Origin: Patescibacteria group bacterium
GTDB lineage: Bacteria; Patescibacteriota; Patescibacteriia; UBA1558; GWA2-36-10
DNA length: 64,000 nucleotides
Assembly: GCA_041650755.1 (NCBI GenBank)
Contig: JBAZKN010000002.1
Span: 5,030-69,029, forward strand
Direction: 5' to 3'
Part shown: positions 1 to 8,108 of the stretch, piece after piece
Layout: every line of letters starts with the position of its first letter
Position numbering within the stretch: position 1 is the first letter of the stretch
The notes under the pieces: model-generated
Told to the model about the DNA's origin: nothing
The model's database searches: none
What the model saw: only the letters and a program-made list of their open reading frames with translations
Position numbers and translations under genes: made by a program

Positions 1-368
1 TTTTTATTTTGTTCATTTTGCAGATCTTGCCAAATACGCCTAGCTCCTTCTCGGGGGTCAACTTTTATATAAATTTTAATAGATTCTGGTATAAAATAAA
101 ATTGAGTGCGTCCCTCGGCAATGACAATATTGTTTACAGCCAAATCACGTGCTTGTTTGGCCGCTGCCTTATCTACGTCGACATCGGTTTCCGGATGATT
201 TAAGGCGTATTCATTTAATTCGGCTAGGCTCATGCCCATATCAAGCGCCAGTTGTCGACGAATGCCACCGACATAGATTCTTTTAGCCAATAGTTTTTCA
301 GCTAAAATTTTGGCAATAGTGCTTTTGCCACTTCCACCGGGCCCAGAGATTGTAATAATTGGGTGCAT
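1..368 (-). CDS. cmk: Cytidylate kinase, N-terminal 122 aa; 3' end runs off the window
   Basis: Minus-strand translation MHPIITISGPGGSGKSTIAKILAEKL (P-loop) ... IVIAEGRTQFYFIPESIKIYIKVDPREGARR matches the Cmk G-R-D/T and lid regions. ATG at 368, 6 nt after the rluD-like stop. Not listed in the ORF track because it has no stop in the window. Confidence 0.75.
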   Translation of the reverse strand, partial: MHPIITISGPGGSGKSTIAKILAEKLLAKRIYVGGIRRQLALDMGMSLAELNEYALNHPETDVDVDKAAAKQARDLAVNNIVIAEGRTQFYFIPESIKIYIKVDPREGARRIWQDLQNEQNK

Positions 369-373
369 AAAAA

Positions 374-1294
374 CTATTTTAACTCTTTTAAAAAATTTTC
401 CATCTCCAGAGGTAATCTCGAGCTGTATTTGTGCCAATGATTTTTGGTATCTTGAAATTTTAATAAGTTGGCATGTAAAAAAATTCTCAAATCAATATTT
501 TTTTTCTTTTTGCGCACATCTCTGGTTTGGTAAAGCTTGTCGCCCACCACCGAGTGTCCGATACTGTAAAGATGAGCCCTGATCTGGTGCATGCGCCCGG
601 TTTTGATCTGGATTTTGAGCAGAGTATAATTGGTATAACGCCTGACGACCTCATAAATAGTGTGGGCCGGCAAACCTGGGCTTTCGGTGTGGACTTTCAT
701 CAGACCAGTTTTGTGGTCACGCTCTAGGGGTGTAATAATTTCACCATTATCATTGAGCAAGCGGCCATGGACTAGAGCGATATATTCTTTAATAATGGTG
801 CGCTCTTGAAATTGTTTTTTTAAAGTTTGAAAAAAATCTTGGTTTAAAGCAACCACCATCAGACCAGACACCTCTCTATCAAGACGGTGGACTATGCCGG
901 GGCGCGTTGTGTCGTCACCCACATTTTTTACTTGGGGGAATTTTTTTAGTAGCCAGGCAGTCAGTGTATCTGGTTCTTGTTTTTCTGTGGGGTGAACCAG
1001 TAAACCACTGGGTTTATTCAGCACTACATAGTCTGTAGTTTTTTTGACAATTTTTGGTGTGGGCTTTTTAGTAAATTTTACTGGGGTGACTTGGGTAGCC
1101 GTTTTTTTGTCTGGCTCAAAAATAATCACATCGCCGCTTTTTAGCCAAAAATGCACCGGTGCCTCATGTTGGTTGACGGTCACTTGGTTATTGACGATCA
1201 TTTTTTGGATTTGGCTGCGGCTTAAGCTAGGATTTTGCTCATGCAAGAATTTATCTAAACGCGCCTTGTCTTTTCCCTGATATATAAATTGCAT
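374..1294 (-). CDS. RluA-family 23S rRNA pseudouridine synthase with N-terminal S4 domain (RluD-like)
   Basis: 306 aa. S4-like N-terminus (LDKFLHEQNPSLSRSQIQKMI) and the catalytic HRLDREVSGLMVVALN motif. Confidence 0.85.
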   Translation of the reverse strand: MQFIYQGKDKARLDKFLHEQNPSLSRSQIQKMIVNNQVTVNQHEAPVHFWLKSGDVIIFEPDKKTATQVTPVKFTKKPTPKIVKKTTDYVVLNKPSGLLVHPTEKQEPDTLTAWLLKKFPQVKNVGDDTTRPGIVHRLDREVSGLMVVALNQDFFQTLKKQFQERTIIKEYIALVHGRLLNDNGEIITPLERDHKTGLMKVHTESPGLPAHTIYEVVRRYTNYTLLKIQIKTGRMHQIRAHLYSIGHSVVGDKLYQTRDVRKKKKNIDLRIFLHANLLKFQDTKNHWHKYSSRLPLEMENFLKELK

Positions 1295-1382
1295 AGCTTT
1301 AATTTACCAGAAATTCATCTGAAAAGAAAGAGCGGCGCGCGCTGGGCGCGTGCCGCTGTCTAGTATCTCAAGGTCCATCTAG

Positions 1383-2126
1383 CTAGGAGCGCTGGAAGGC
1401 TTCAATGGGCGGATTACCGCCGAGCCCTGCACCCAAAGAGTAGATAGCCCGAGTAGCTCTATCAGCAATGGCCCGTTTGACTGTTCGTGGGTCTGTTTGG
1501 TCGGCATTGGCGATAAGGTCGCTATAGTCGACCGGCTGTCCGAAAGCAATCAGAATGTCTTTTCCGTTGTGGAAACGCTCCTCTCCCAAGGGGAAGACCT
1601 TTTCCATACCATCGATCCAGACCGGGACAATGGTAGCCCCAGTTTCATAGGCCACGTGGCCTATGCCGATACGCGGCGTGATTGGTTTGTTTGGACGCTC
1701 TCTGGTGCCGCCCGGAAATACAAAGAGTCGGCCATATCTGGCTAGCCGGCTCATGGCTCGCAAGGCACCAGGATCAATCCGGCTATGGGCGATGGGCTGG
1801 ATTTTCATGCACCAGCCCCAGATAGCCATCAATCTAGTCTTCATGTAGTTGGCCTTGTCTGCCGTGTGCCACGGTAGCAGCCACGGGCAGAAGAAGTCCC
1901 TTAGCCGCATAGCTGCTAGGGTCACCGGGAAGGAGTCTACTAACGTAAGGTGCCGACAGGCATAGATCACATTGCGGCCATGGGGTACGTGATGACGGCC
2001 AATGACCCGAGTGCGGTTGAATATGAAGAAGATGACGAAGGTCGCCGATCCAAATAGCGCTAGGATCGGCCAGCGCACCAGGTCAGCCAAGTACATCTTG
2101 GTGACCCTCCACCCAGAGATCTTCAT
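1383..2126 (-). CDS. Lysophospholipid (1-acyl-sn-glycerol-3-phosphate) acyltransferase-like protein (high-GC cassette A)
   Basis: The FPGGTRER acyltransferase motif and an N-terminal TM segment. Local GC about 56% against a backbone below 40%. Strong SD GAAAGGAG 7 nt before the ATG at 2126 (MKISGWRV). GC-rich terminator hairpin downstream (1330-1360). Confidence 0.55.
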   Translation of the reverse strand: MKISGWRVTKMYLADLVRWPILALFGSATFVIFFIFNRTRVIGRHHVPHGRNVIYACRHLTLVDSFPVTLAAMRLRDFFCPWLLPWHTADKANYMKTRLMAIWGWCMKIQPIAHSRIDPGALRAMSRLARYGRLFVFPGGTRERPNKPITPRIGIGHVAYETGATIVPVWIDGMEKVFPLGEERFHNGKDILIAFGQPVDYSDLIANADQTDPRTVKRAIADRATRAIYSLGAGLGGNPPIEAFQRS

Positions 2127-2287
2127 CGCGAGCTCCTTTCTATGCACCCGCCGGGTGCTTTTATTTGAACCATTTGGTGGCTCTTTATGAACCTGAGTTT
2201 TAGAAAGAGGTGATAAGAACGAGATAGATTACCTTATCATATTAACCAAAAAAAGCAATCTGGTAAAGGATTATAATTAATAAAAAA

Positions 2288-2312
2288 ACAACCCGTCGGG
2301 TTGAAATTTTAG
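2288..2312. terminator. Bidirectional intrinsic terminator
   Basis: aaaaaaacaacccgtcgggttgaaatttt: stem aacccg/cgggtt flanked by A and T runs. Confidence 0.6.
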
Positions 2313-2320
2313 GATTCATT

Positions 2321-2848
2321 CTAAAGCGTCTGATTGATCTTTTTGCCTATATTTTTTGGGGTAATAGCAAAAACAAAAAGAATCATTGCGACTGCCAGAA
2401 AAACTAATTCTTTTTCTGTGCCACAGACCTTTGCCCAGCCGCCCAACGGGTCGTCCGTGTTATAGATTATCGTACATTTAAAAACTTCTATTTTCAAGAA
2501 AAATTGTTGCAAGATTAGTGTTAAGATAAGACCAGTAATGGTTTTTATGCCAGTATTCTTAAGACCATGCAGATATTCGCTGAGAGACCGTGATACTTTT
2601 TTACTGGTATTAGATATATTTTTGCCTCGCTGGCCAATCAGATCAGCGATTAAGGTGATAAGGCTAGTCACGATCAAAATAATTCCTAAAATTAAAATAT
2701 ATGTTGCGTTGGATGCTTGAGCGCTATCGCTCATACCAAAAAAATTGGCTACCCACTGGTAATCAATAACATTAATTGCGCCAACAGAACTTAATAAAAA
2801 GAAAAGTGAAAGTAAGATCAAAATTATTTTTCTGGTGATAACACTCAT
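2321..2848 (-). CDS. Hypothetical multi-pass membrane protein
   Basis: 175-aa ORF with AT-rich host-like codon usage and 4-5 hydrophobic segments. Confidence 0.5.
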   Translation of the reverse strand: MSVITRKIILILLSLFFLLSSVGAINVIDYQWVANFFGMSDSAQASNATYILILGIILIVTSLITLIADLIGQRGKNISNTSKKVSRSLSEYLHGLKNTGIKTITGLILTLILQQFFLKIEVFKCTIIYNTDDPLGGWAKVCGTEKELVFLAVAMILFVFAITPKNIGKKINQTL

Positions 2849-2872
2849 GGTAATGCGTGTCTATTTTTATTT

Positions 2873-2955
2873 TGGTGCCCCCAGGAGGACTCGAGCCTCC
2901 AACCGTTTGCTTAAGAGTCCGCCAGCTGGCGATCTATCAACTGAGCTATGAGCGC
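2873..2955 (-). pseudogene. tRNA-Lys(CTT)-like gene disrupted by a palindromic insert; probable pseudo-tRNA
   Basis: Reverse complement GCGCTCATAGCTCAGTTGATAGATCGCCAGCTGGCGGACTCTTAAGCAAACGGTTGGAGGCTCGAGTCCTCCTGGGGGCACCA. Its acceptor, D, T arms and 3' anticodon half are near-identical to the intact tRNA-Lys at 3373-3449. The 5' anticodon stem is replaced by TCGCCAGCTGGCGGA (a 14-nt perfect palindrome), so the anticodon helix cannot form. Confidence 0.5.
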
Positions 2956-3116
2956 ATCAATAAATTGCTAATTGTTAATTGATAATAGTTAATTGTTTTT
3001 GGTACTCCCTGAAGAGCGGCAATTATTAAATTAGCAATTAACTATTTACAATTAAATAGTAGTGCGGCCGGTAGGAGTCGCCGCGCCCGCTGCCTAGTGG
3101 CAGCTTAGGCGGCCAG

Positions 3117-3150
3117 GGAACCCACAATCCCTTGGTCCGAAGCCAAGTGC
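3117..3150 (-). repeat. Partial duplicate of the tRNA-Arg(TCG) anticodon arm plus variable/T region (tRNA fragment)
   Basis: cttggtccgaagccaag (17/17) recurs 70 bp from the same sequence inside tRNA-Arg, followed by a GGGTTC T-arm remnant. Embedded in a GC-rich 120-bp non-coding stretch (3061-3168). Confidence 0.5.
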
Positions 3151-3168
3151 TCCCCGCCTGCCATAACC

Positions 3169-3243
3169 TGGTGCCCTCGTCAGGAGTCGAACCCGAAATT
3201 CTTGGTCCGAAGCCAAGCGTGATATCCATTTCACTACGAGGGC
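3169..3243 (-). tRNA. tRNA-Arg (anticodon TCG)
   Basis: Reverse complement GCCCTCGTAGTGAAATGGATATCACGCTTGGCTTCGGACCAAGAATTTCGGGTTCGACTCCTGACGAGGGCACCA. Cloverleaf with anticodon loop CTTCGGA. CCA is encoded. Confidence 0.85.
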
Positions 3244-3372
3244 CTAGGATAATGAATTTTGATGCCCCTCGACTTCGCTCAGGGCACTCGATTTATAATA
3301 CGCAATGGTCGTAGGTGCTAATAGCACTGAAGACCACGAGTGAGACTTTTGCGAAGCGAAAGGCGAATCGAG

Positions 3373-3449
3373 TGGTGCCCCCAGTAGGATTCGAACCTAC
3401 GACCGTTTGCTTAAGAGGCAACTGCTCTACCAACTGAGCTATAGGGGCA
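3373..3449 (-). tRNA. tRNA-Lys (anticodon CTT)
   Basis: Reverse complement TGCCCCTATAGCTCAGTTGGTAGAGCAGTTGCCTCTTAAGCAAACGGTCGTAGGTTCGAATCCTACTGGGGGCACCA. Anticodon loop CTCTTAA. Confidence 0.85.
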
Positions 3450-3526
3450 AATGCGATAGAAAAATATAGCTTATTATAAGCTATACGGCAAGTAGTTTAC
3501 TATAAAATTTATGAAAAATCAAGGCC

Positions 3527-4480
3527 TTAGGCCAAAGGGTCAATATAAGCCTTTTTTAAATCAGCTGTTGCCTCTTCCAAACCTATTAGTCGGCTATGTT
3601 GGATAATAGCAGCTAGCTGGGCAGCTACCGCCTCCAGTAATATTTGATTGTTGGCGCTATATTCCTGACCGTAGCGTTTATTTTTCAGCACAATAAAACC
3701 AATGGCTTTTTGTGTGAGGCAAATAGGGGCAATGATCATGGTCGACTTAGTTTGTCCTGGCCAAAGTAAATTTTTGCTAGGCCAATCATTTGGTCCCAAA
3801 ATAAGTGTGCGCGGATGGCGAACCAAGTCTTGAAAGATTGGGAAAGCAGCCGCAGGATAATAGGCGCGATCTTTGATGTCTTTAAAATTAAGACTTCGAT
3901 AGACATGGAGTTTGTCGGTGGTTTGGGAATAGGTCATAAAAATAGCTGCTTGGGACGGGATGACGTTTAGAATAATATCCAAGACAAAGCCGGCAATATT
4001 GTTGAGATTTGATTGTCGGCTGATAGCTTGGCTGATGGCGAACAAGGCGGTTAATTTATTATCAGCATGCTCCAAGCGTTGATATAATATGCCAGCTGTA
4101 TTTTTATAGATTTTCTCCGCTATTTTGGGAGCCTGTTTTATGATCTTGGGCCAGTGGCGTTGGGACAGCTCCAAGGTAGTCAAAGCCTTCAGGGCTTTGA
4201 GGCTGTGCCGGTGGTATAAAATATTGTTTAACAGGGAATTTTCTCCAATAAATTCACACTTGTTGAACAAGGCAATGATTTGTTTTTCTGAACCAACTTG
4301 GGCTTCTAGACCGGCTTGGCCGCTAGCGACAATTATCAGGCGATCGGCGGCTTTTTGATCTTGATAAAGATAGACATCAGCCGGATACTTTTTTTCTATC
4401 AGAAAATTGCCCAGCAGAGCTGTCTCTGACTTGGCTAAACCAGCCAACAAAGGAATTTTTTCTAAAGATATTTTAGCCAT
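3527..4480 (-). CDS. cNMP-binding (Crp-like) domain plus GAF domain protein, probably co-transcribed with pilT
   Basis: N-terminal cyclic-nucleotide-binding signature (FNKCEFIGENSLLNN) and a C-terminal GAF-like region. The stop lies 15 bp downstream of pilT's stop on the minus strand... more precisely the gene starts 15 bp after the pilT stop in the direction of transcription. Confidence 0.55.
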   Translation of the reverse strand: MAKISLEKIPLLAGLAKSETALLGNFLIEKKYPADVYLYQDQKAADRLIIVASGQAGLEAQVGSEKQIIALFNKCEFIGENSLLNNILYHRHSLKALKALTTLELSQRHWPKIIKQAPKIAEKIYKNTAGILYQRLEHADNKLTALFAISQAISRQSNLNNIAGFVLDIILNVIPSQAAIFMTYSQTTDKLHVYRSLNFKDIKDRAYYPAAAFPIFQDLVRHPRTLILGPNDWPSKNLLWPGQTKSTMIIAPICLTQKAIGFIVLKNKRYGQEYSANNQILLEAVAAQLAAIIQHSRLIGLEEATADLKKAYIDPLA

Positions 4481-4494
4481 GCAGTTTTGGCTTT

Positions 4495-5529
4495 TTAGGA
4501 AGTGTGGTTGAGATAAGCTAGAGCGGTAGCTTCATCGATAATATTATTCTCCAAAAGTTCTTTGATGTTTTGCTCCAAGCTAAACATGCCTTCATCGGCG
4601 CTGGTTTGGATGACGCTTTTAATCTGGGGTATTTTATTTTCTCGGATGATGTTGGCAATTGCCGGAGTGTTGACCAATATTTCTCGCACAGCCACGCGGC
4701 CGCCGTTTATTTTTGGCACTAATTGTTGGGAGATAATGCCGCTTAAGGAGATGGACAGCTGCAGGCGGACCTGAGCCTGCTGATGAGGCGGAAAAACATC
4801 GATAATACGATCAATAGTCTGGGCGGCGCTATGAGTGTGCAGGGTAGCCAGCACCAAGTGGCCGGTTTCTGCCAGAGTGATGGTAGTGGCGATAGTTTCT
4901 AGATCACGCATTTCGCCGACCATGATGACATTTGGGTCTTGACGCAGGACATGTTTTAAGGCTCCATCAAAACTCAGCATGTCGGTGCCTAGTTGGCGCT
5001 GCTTGATAATGCTTTTTTTTGGTTGATGGATAAATTCTATTGGGTCTTCGAGAGTAACAATATGAGCAGTACGGCTTTGGTTTATTTTTTCTATCATGGC
5101 AGCTAGAGTAGTAGACTTACCGCAGCCGGTCGGACCAGTGACCAGGATCAATCCGCTGGTGCGGGCAATCAGCTGCAGGACAATTTCTGGCAGGCCAATA
5201 TCTTCTATCGAGGGTATTTCACCAGAAATGACCCTGGCGACTAAACCGGGGTTATCTTTTTCCCAGTGGAGATTGACGCGGTAGCGGGAGTATTCGGCTA
5301 TTTCATAAGAAATATCCAGCTCTCTTTCTTCGGTGTATTTTTTTTGCTGTCGTTCAGTCAAAATACCAAAGATCATTTTTTCCGCTATTTCTCTAGTGAC
5401 CACTTCGGTGTCAGGCATGAGTTTCAGTTCGCCATCAATACGCAAGATGGGTGGCTTGCCAACAATGATGTGCAGATCAGAAGCTTTGTTTTTGGTGGCG
5501 ATTTTGAAAAGGTTGTTGATGTTAAGCAT
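4495..5529 (-). CDS. pilT: Type IV pilus retraction ATPase PilT
   Basis: 344 aa. Walker A GPTGCGKSTT, Asp box and His box. The length and motifs are typical of PilT rather than PilB. Confidence 0.85.
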   Translation of the reverse strand: MLNINNLFKIATKNKASDLHIIVGKPPILRIDGELKLMPDTEVVTREIAEKMIFGILTERQQKKYTEERELDISYEIAEYSRYRVNLHWEKDNPGLVARVISGEIPSIEDIGLPEIVLQLIARTSGLILVTGPTGCGKSTTLAAMIEKINQSRTAHIVTLEDPIEFIHQPKKSIIKQRQLGTDMLSFDGALKHVLRQDPNVIMVGEMRDLETIATTITLAETGHLVLATLHTHSAAQTIDRIIDVFPPHQQAQVRLQLSISLSGIISQQLVPKINGGRVAVREILVNTPAIANIIRENKIPQIKSVIQTSADEGMFSLEQNIKELLENNIIDEATALAYLNHTS

Positions 5530-5607
5530 TTTTTTGCTTGCTTTTTATTTATATAATTTGAATGTATTTATTATATCATATTTGTCAATGGTAAGGTATA
5601 TCTCAAA

Positions 5608-5652
5608 TGTCAACAACAAAAAAATCCGCCCAGCCCTTGGTGAAGGGCTGGG
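5608..5652 (-). terminator. Intrinsic terminator for the 5670-6194 gene
   Basis: 11-bp stem ccgcccagccc/gggctgggcgg followed on the minus strand by a T-run. Confidence 0.7.
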
Positions 5653-5669
5653 CGGGACAGGTTTTAAAA

Positions 5670-6194
5670 TTATTTATTAGTAGCCAGCTGTCTGTTTTTG
5701 ATGGTAGTCATGATTTTTACTGGGGCAAACAGTAGTCCGGTGTATAAGATATTACTAAGCAAGGTATTAAAGAAAAATGGTATAGCCAAAGTAAAACAAA
5801 GCATTAAGCCAGTCAGACTATGAGCATACCAGTGGCTAAATTGCCAGACAGCTAGATTGGTGATCAGAAAGAAAGTTAGAGCTGAAAGCAGCGTGGCAGA
5901 GCCGACATTTATCCAGTGGCCATGCTTTTTTAAGTAAAGTCCAAATAATAAGTTGAGAGCCAGACTGCCATAGATCGTTAGCATCAGCTGCCAAGCATAG
6001 AGGCCGAGCGCCAGATCGGATAATATGAGCGCCAAAAATGGCAGGATCCAATATTTCCGCTGGCTGGCATAAGCGCCGGCAAATAGCAGCAGGCTAGCCA
6101 GTGGAGAAAAATTTGGCAGATGCCAGATCAGCCTGGCCAGCAGCGCCAAAACACTTAAGATTATGAAGAGGTAGAGATTATCTTTTTTCATCAA
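5670..6194 (-). CDS. Small polytopic membrane protein (possible ECF-type S component)
   Basis: 174 aa with 5-6 TM helices. Adjacent to DUF4430 and CobO genes. Function inferred from context only. Confidence 0.45.
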   Translation of the reverse strand: MMKKDNLYLFIILSVLALLARLIWHLPNFSPLASLLLFAGAYASQRKYWILPFLALILSDLALGLYAWQLMLTIYGSLALNLLFGLYLKKHGHWINVGSATLLSALTFFLITNLAVWQFSHWYAHSLTGLMLCFTLAIPFFFNTLLSNILYTGLLFAPVKIMTTIKNRQLATNK

Positions 6195-6214
6195 ATTAAA
6201 ATTATTTATTAAAT

Positions 6215-6658
6215 TTAGAAATTAGCAGTTTCAAAACGCCATTCAATCTGGTCGCCCACTTTTGGCATGTATTGGCTGGCGCCCACTTGGCCCAAAATGT
6301 CGTTGATATAATATTGCCAGTATTTATTATCCCGGCCGTTGATTTTGTCATTAATCTGAGTAATTAGTCTGCCCATAGTGCTATAATCTGCATAGTTAAA
6401 AGTCCAAGCCTGTTTAGCCGCGACACTTTCCGTGATAGTAAAAAGGTTAGTGCTCAATTGGTCGGAGTAAGGATAAGCTAAGCTGATTTTTTTATCATCA
6501 CCGAAATTAAATATTATGGATATTTGCCCTTGCTCTTGGCCGGTAAGCTGCCCTATGGTTTCATTTTGATTTTTAATTGTTCGTGGCACTTGCCAGAAGA
6601 TCAGGGCTACTATTAATAACAGTGCCAGAAAAATAATAAGCTTAAGATTTTTTCGCAT
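6215..6658 (-). CDS. DUF4430-like secreted/anchored protein
   Basis: N-terminal signal/TM segment. C-terminal KYWQYYINDILGQVGASQYMPKVGDQIEWRFE resembles the DUF4430 consensus. Confidence 0.5.
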   Translation of the reverse strand: MRKNLKLIIFLALLLIVALIFWQVPRTIKNQNETIGQLTGQEQGQISIIFNFGDDKKISLAYPYSDQLSTNLFTITESVAAKQAWTFNYADYSTMGRLITQINDKINGRDNKYWQYYINDILGQVGASQYMPKVGDQIEWRFETANF

Positions 6659-6693
6659 ATATTTTATTTTGACAATTAGATGAATTAAAAATA

Positions 6694-7239
6694 TTAGTAG
6701 TCAATACCCGGTCTGGCAATCAAGCCCTGGCTGATGTAGTGTTTTTTGGCATTCATTTCGGTCACCAAATCCGCCAGATCCACGATTTCTTGGGGGCAAT
6801 AGCGCCCTGTCAAAATCAGCTCCAAGTTTTTTGGTTTTTGCTTGATCAAGATAAGGATATCGTCGCAATTTAGCAGGCCAGTTTTTACCGTGGTATTTAT
6901 TTCATCCAGTATCAGTAAATCAAAATTTTTTTTGAACCATAGTTTTGCCTGTTTGATGGCCGCAGCTGCTCCTTTGATGTCGCCAACCTGATTTTTGAAA
7001 CGGAAGCCCTTATTTTTTGACAGGCGCGGTAGACCGAAAGCGCAATAATCTATGTTTAGGTGCTTTATCTTGTCCAGGATTTTTCTTTCACTATAATAAT
7101 CGCCGCCTTTATCAAAATATATGATGCCCACCTTTAGTCCTTGTCCTAAGGCGCGGATAGCCAATCCTAAAGCAGCTGTGGTTTTACCTTTGCCGTGGCC
7201 AGTATAGACATGGATTTTTCCTAATTTATTATTTGACAT
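6694..7239 (-). CDS. cobO: Cob(I)alamin adenosyltransferase (CobA/CobO/BtuR family)
   Basis: P-loop VYTGHGKGKTTAALGLAIRALGQG is typical of BtuR/CobO. Start taken at MSNNK (7239). The 17 upstream codons in the ORF track are GC-rich sequence belonging to the adjacent island. Confidence 0.8.
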   Translation of the reverse strand: MSNNKLGKIHVYTGHGKGKTTAALGLAIRALGQGLKVGIIYFDKGGDYYSERKILDKIKHLNIDYCAFGLPRLSKNKGFRFKNQVGDIKGAAAAIKQAKLWFKKNFDLLILDEINTTVKTGLLNCDDILILIKQKPKNLELILTGRYCPQEIVDLADLVTEMNAKKHYISQGLIARPGIDY

Positions 7240-7304
7240 AAAGTCAGCATTTGTGTTTAAATTTTGAGGTCCCCCGGCTGTTCTTTTCATCAGGGAGGGC
7301 AGCC

Positions 7305-7475
7305 ATGCATTGGTGGCAGACTCGGCCTTTTTGGGTCACATTCTGTGTGGCCATCGGCGCGGTCATGATCTGGCGTATCCAGCATCACGTCTTTGACGTC
7401 ATCGGCGGTTTGTTTATCGCCCTTGGCATAACCATTGCCCTAATCAAGGACAAGGAAGGGAGAAGATGGAGATGA
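7305..7475 (+). CDS. Small membrane protein (56 aa), high-GC cassette C gene 1
   Basis: SD AGGGAGGG 5 nt before the ATG at 7305. Two hydrophobic segments. GC about 60%. Overlaps the next ORF by 10 nt (ATGGAGATGA). Confidence 0.5.
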   Translation: MHWWQTRPFWVTFCVAIGAVMIWRIQHHVFDVIGGLFIALGITIALIKDKEGRRWR

Positions 7476-7834
7476 ACGAAGGCGGCGCGTATCGCTACTT
7501 TTGGCCACTAATGGTCACACTGACGGGCGCGATCATTGTCCTATTCTCGGTTGGCGAGTCGAACCTCGTCTGTTTCATCGGCGCGCTGGTGGCTATCTCG
7601 GGCCTGATCTTCTTTCTGGCCAGGTCTCGCCTGTCCGCCACCCGGACCGTGATTCCAATCAACTGGTTTGCACTAGCGACAATGCTGGCGCTCTATCTCT
7701 GGACCCACGGTGGCCTGGAGGTTTCAACCGGCGATTGGCTGGTCAGCCTCTTGTTGGCTTTGGTGGGTACAGCTGTGCTCTGCTTTTTGCTATTGCTGAC
7801 CGGTTTTTGGATCGCGATCAGCCGTCGTCTATGA
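7466..7834 (+). CDS. Membrane protein (122 aa, 4 TM), cassette C gene 2
   Basis: SD AAGGAAGGGAG upstream. GC3-rich codons. Four hydrophobic helices. Confidence 0.55.
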   Translation: MEMNEGGAYRYFWPLMVTLTGAIIVLFSVGESNLVCFIGALVAISGLIFFLARSRLSATRTVIPINWFALATMLALYLWTHGGLEVSTGDWLVSLLLALVGTAVLCFLLLLTGFWIAISRRL

Positions 7835-7857
7835 TCCGAGTAGACGGAGGTGTGGAT

Positions 7858-7992
7858 ATGCTACAGGAGTTTTTGAAGCAATTGACCCAGTTGCGGTCAG
7901 TCTACATCGTGATGGCCGCGACAATCCTGCTCTTGTTCGCAATCTGGGCAGGGTGTGATTATCTGCCTCGCATTAGGGCGCGGCGACGCTAG
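7858..7992 (+). CDS. Small single-TM protein (44 aa), cassette C gene 3
   Basis: SD GGAGG 7 nt before the ATG at 7858 (MLQEFLKQLTQLRSVYIVMAATILLLFAIW...). Confidence 0.45.
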   Translation: MLQEFLKQLTQLRSVYIVMAATILLLFAIWAGCDYLPRIRARRR

Positions 7993-8039
7993 CCCCGCCC
8001 ATCCATCCCGAAGGGCAGACATGGTTCCGTGTACCTGAC

Positions 8040-8072
8040 CCGTCGAGCCGAGCTCGACGGTTTTTTATTTTT
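8040..8072 (+). terminator. Intrinsic terminator ending cassette C
   Basis: ccgtcgagc cga gctcgacgg followed by ttttttattttt. Confidence 0.8.
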
Positions 8073-8108
8073 AATCAAGACACCTTTTTAAATTTAGTCA
8101 TGATTAAT

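Noticed and set aside
310-582. 90-aa plus-strand ORF at the cmk/rluD junction
   Set aside because: It overlaps two well-supported minus-strand genes (cmk P-loop region and the rluD-like C-terminus).
3061-3168. Possible SRP (4.5S) RNA, tRNA-Sec or second intact tRNA in the GC-rich stretch next to tRNA-Arg(TCG)
   Set aside because: GGTCCGAAG weakly resembles the SRP domain IV motif, but the GGAA tetraloop helix and the flanking conserved helices cannot be built. No 5-bp T-stem or acceptor pairing is found for any tRNA reading. Best explained as a partial duplicate of the tRNA-Arg anticodon/T region.
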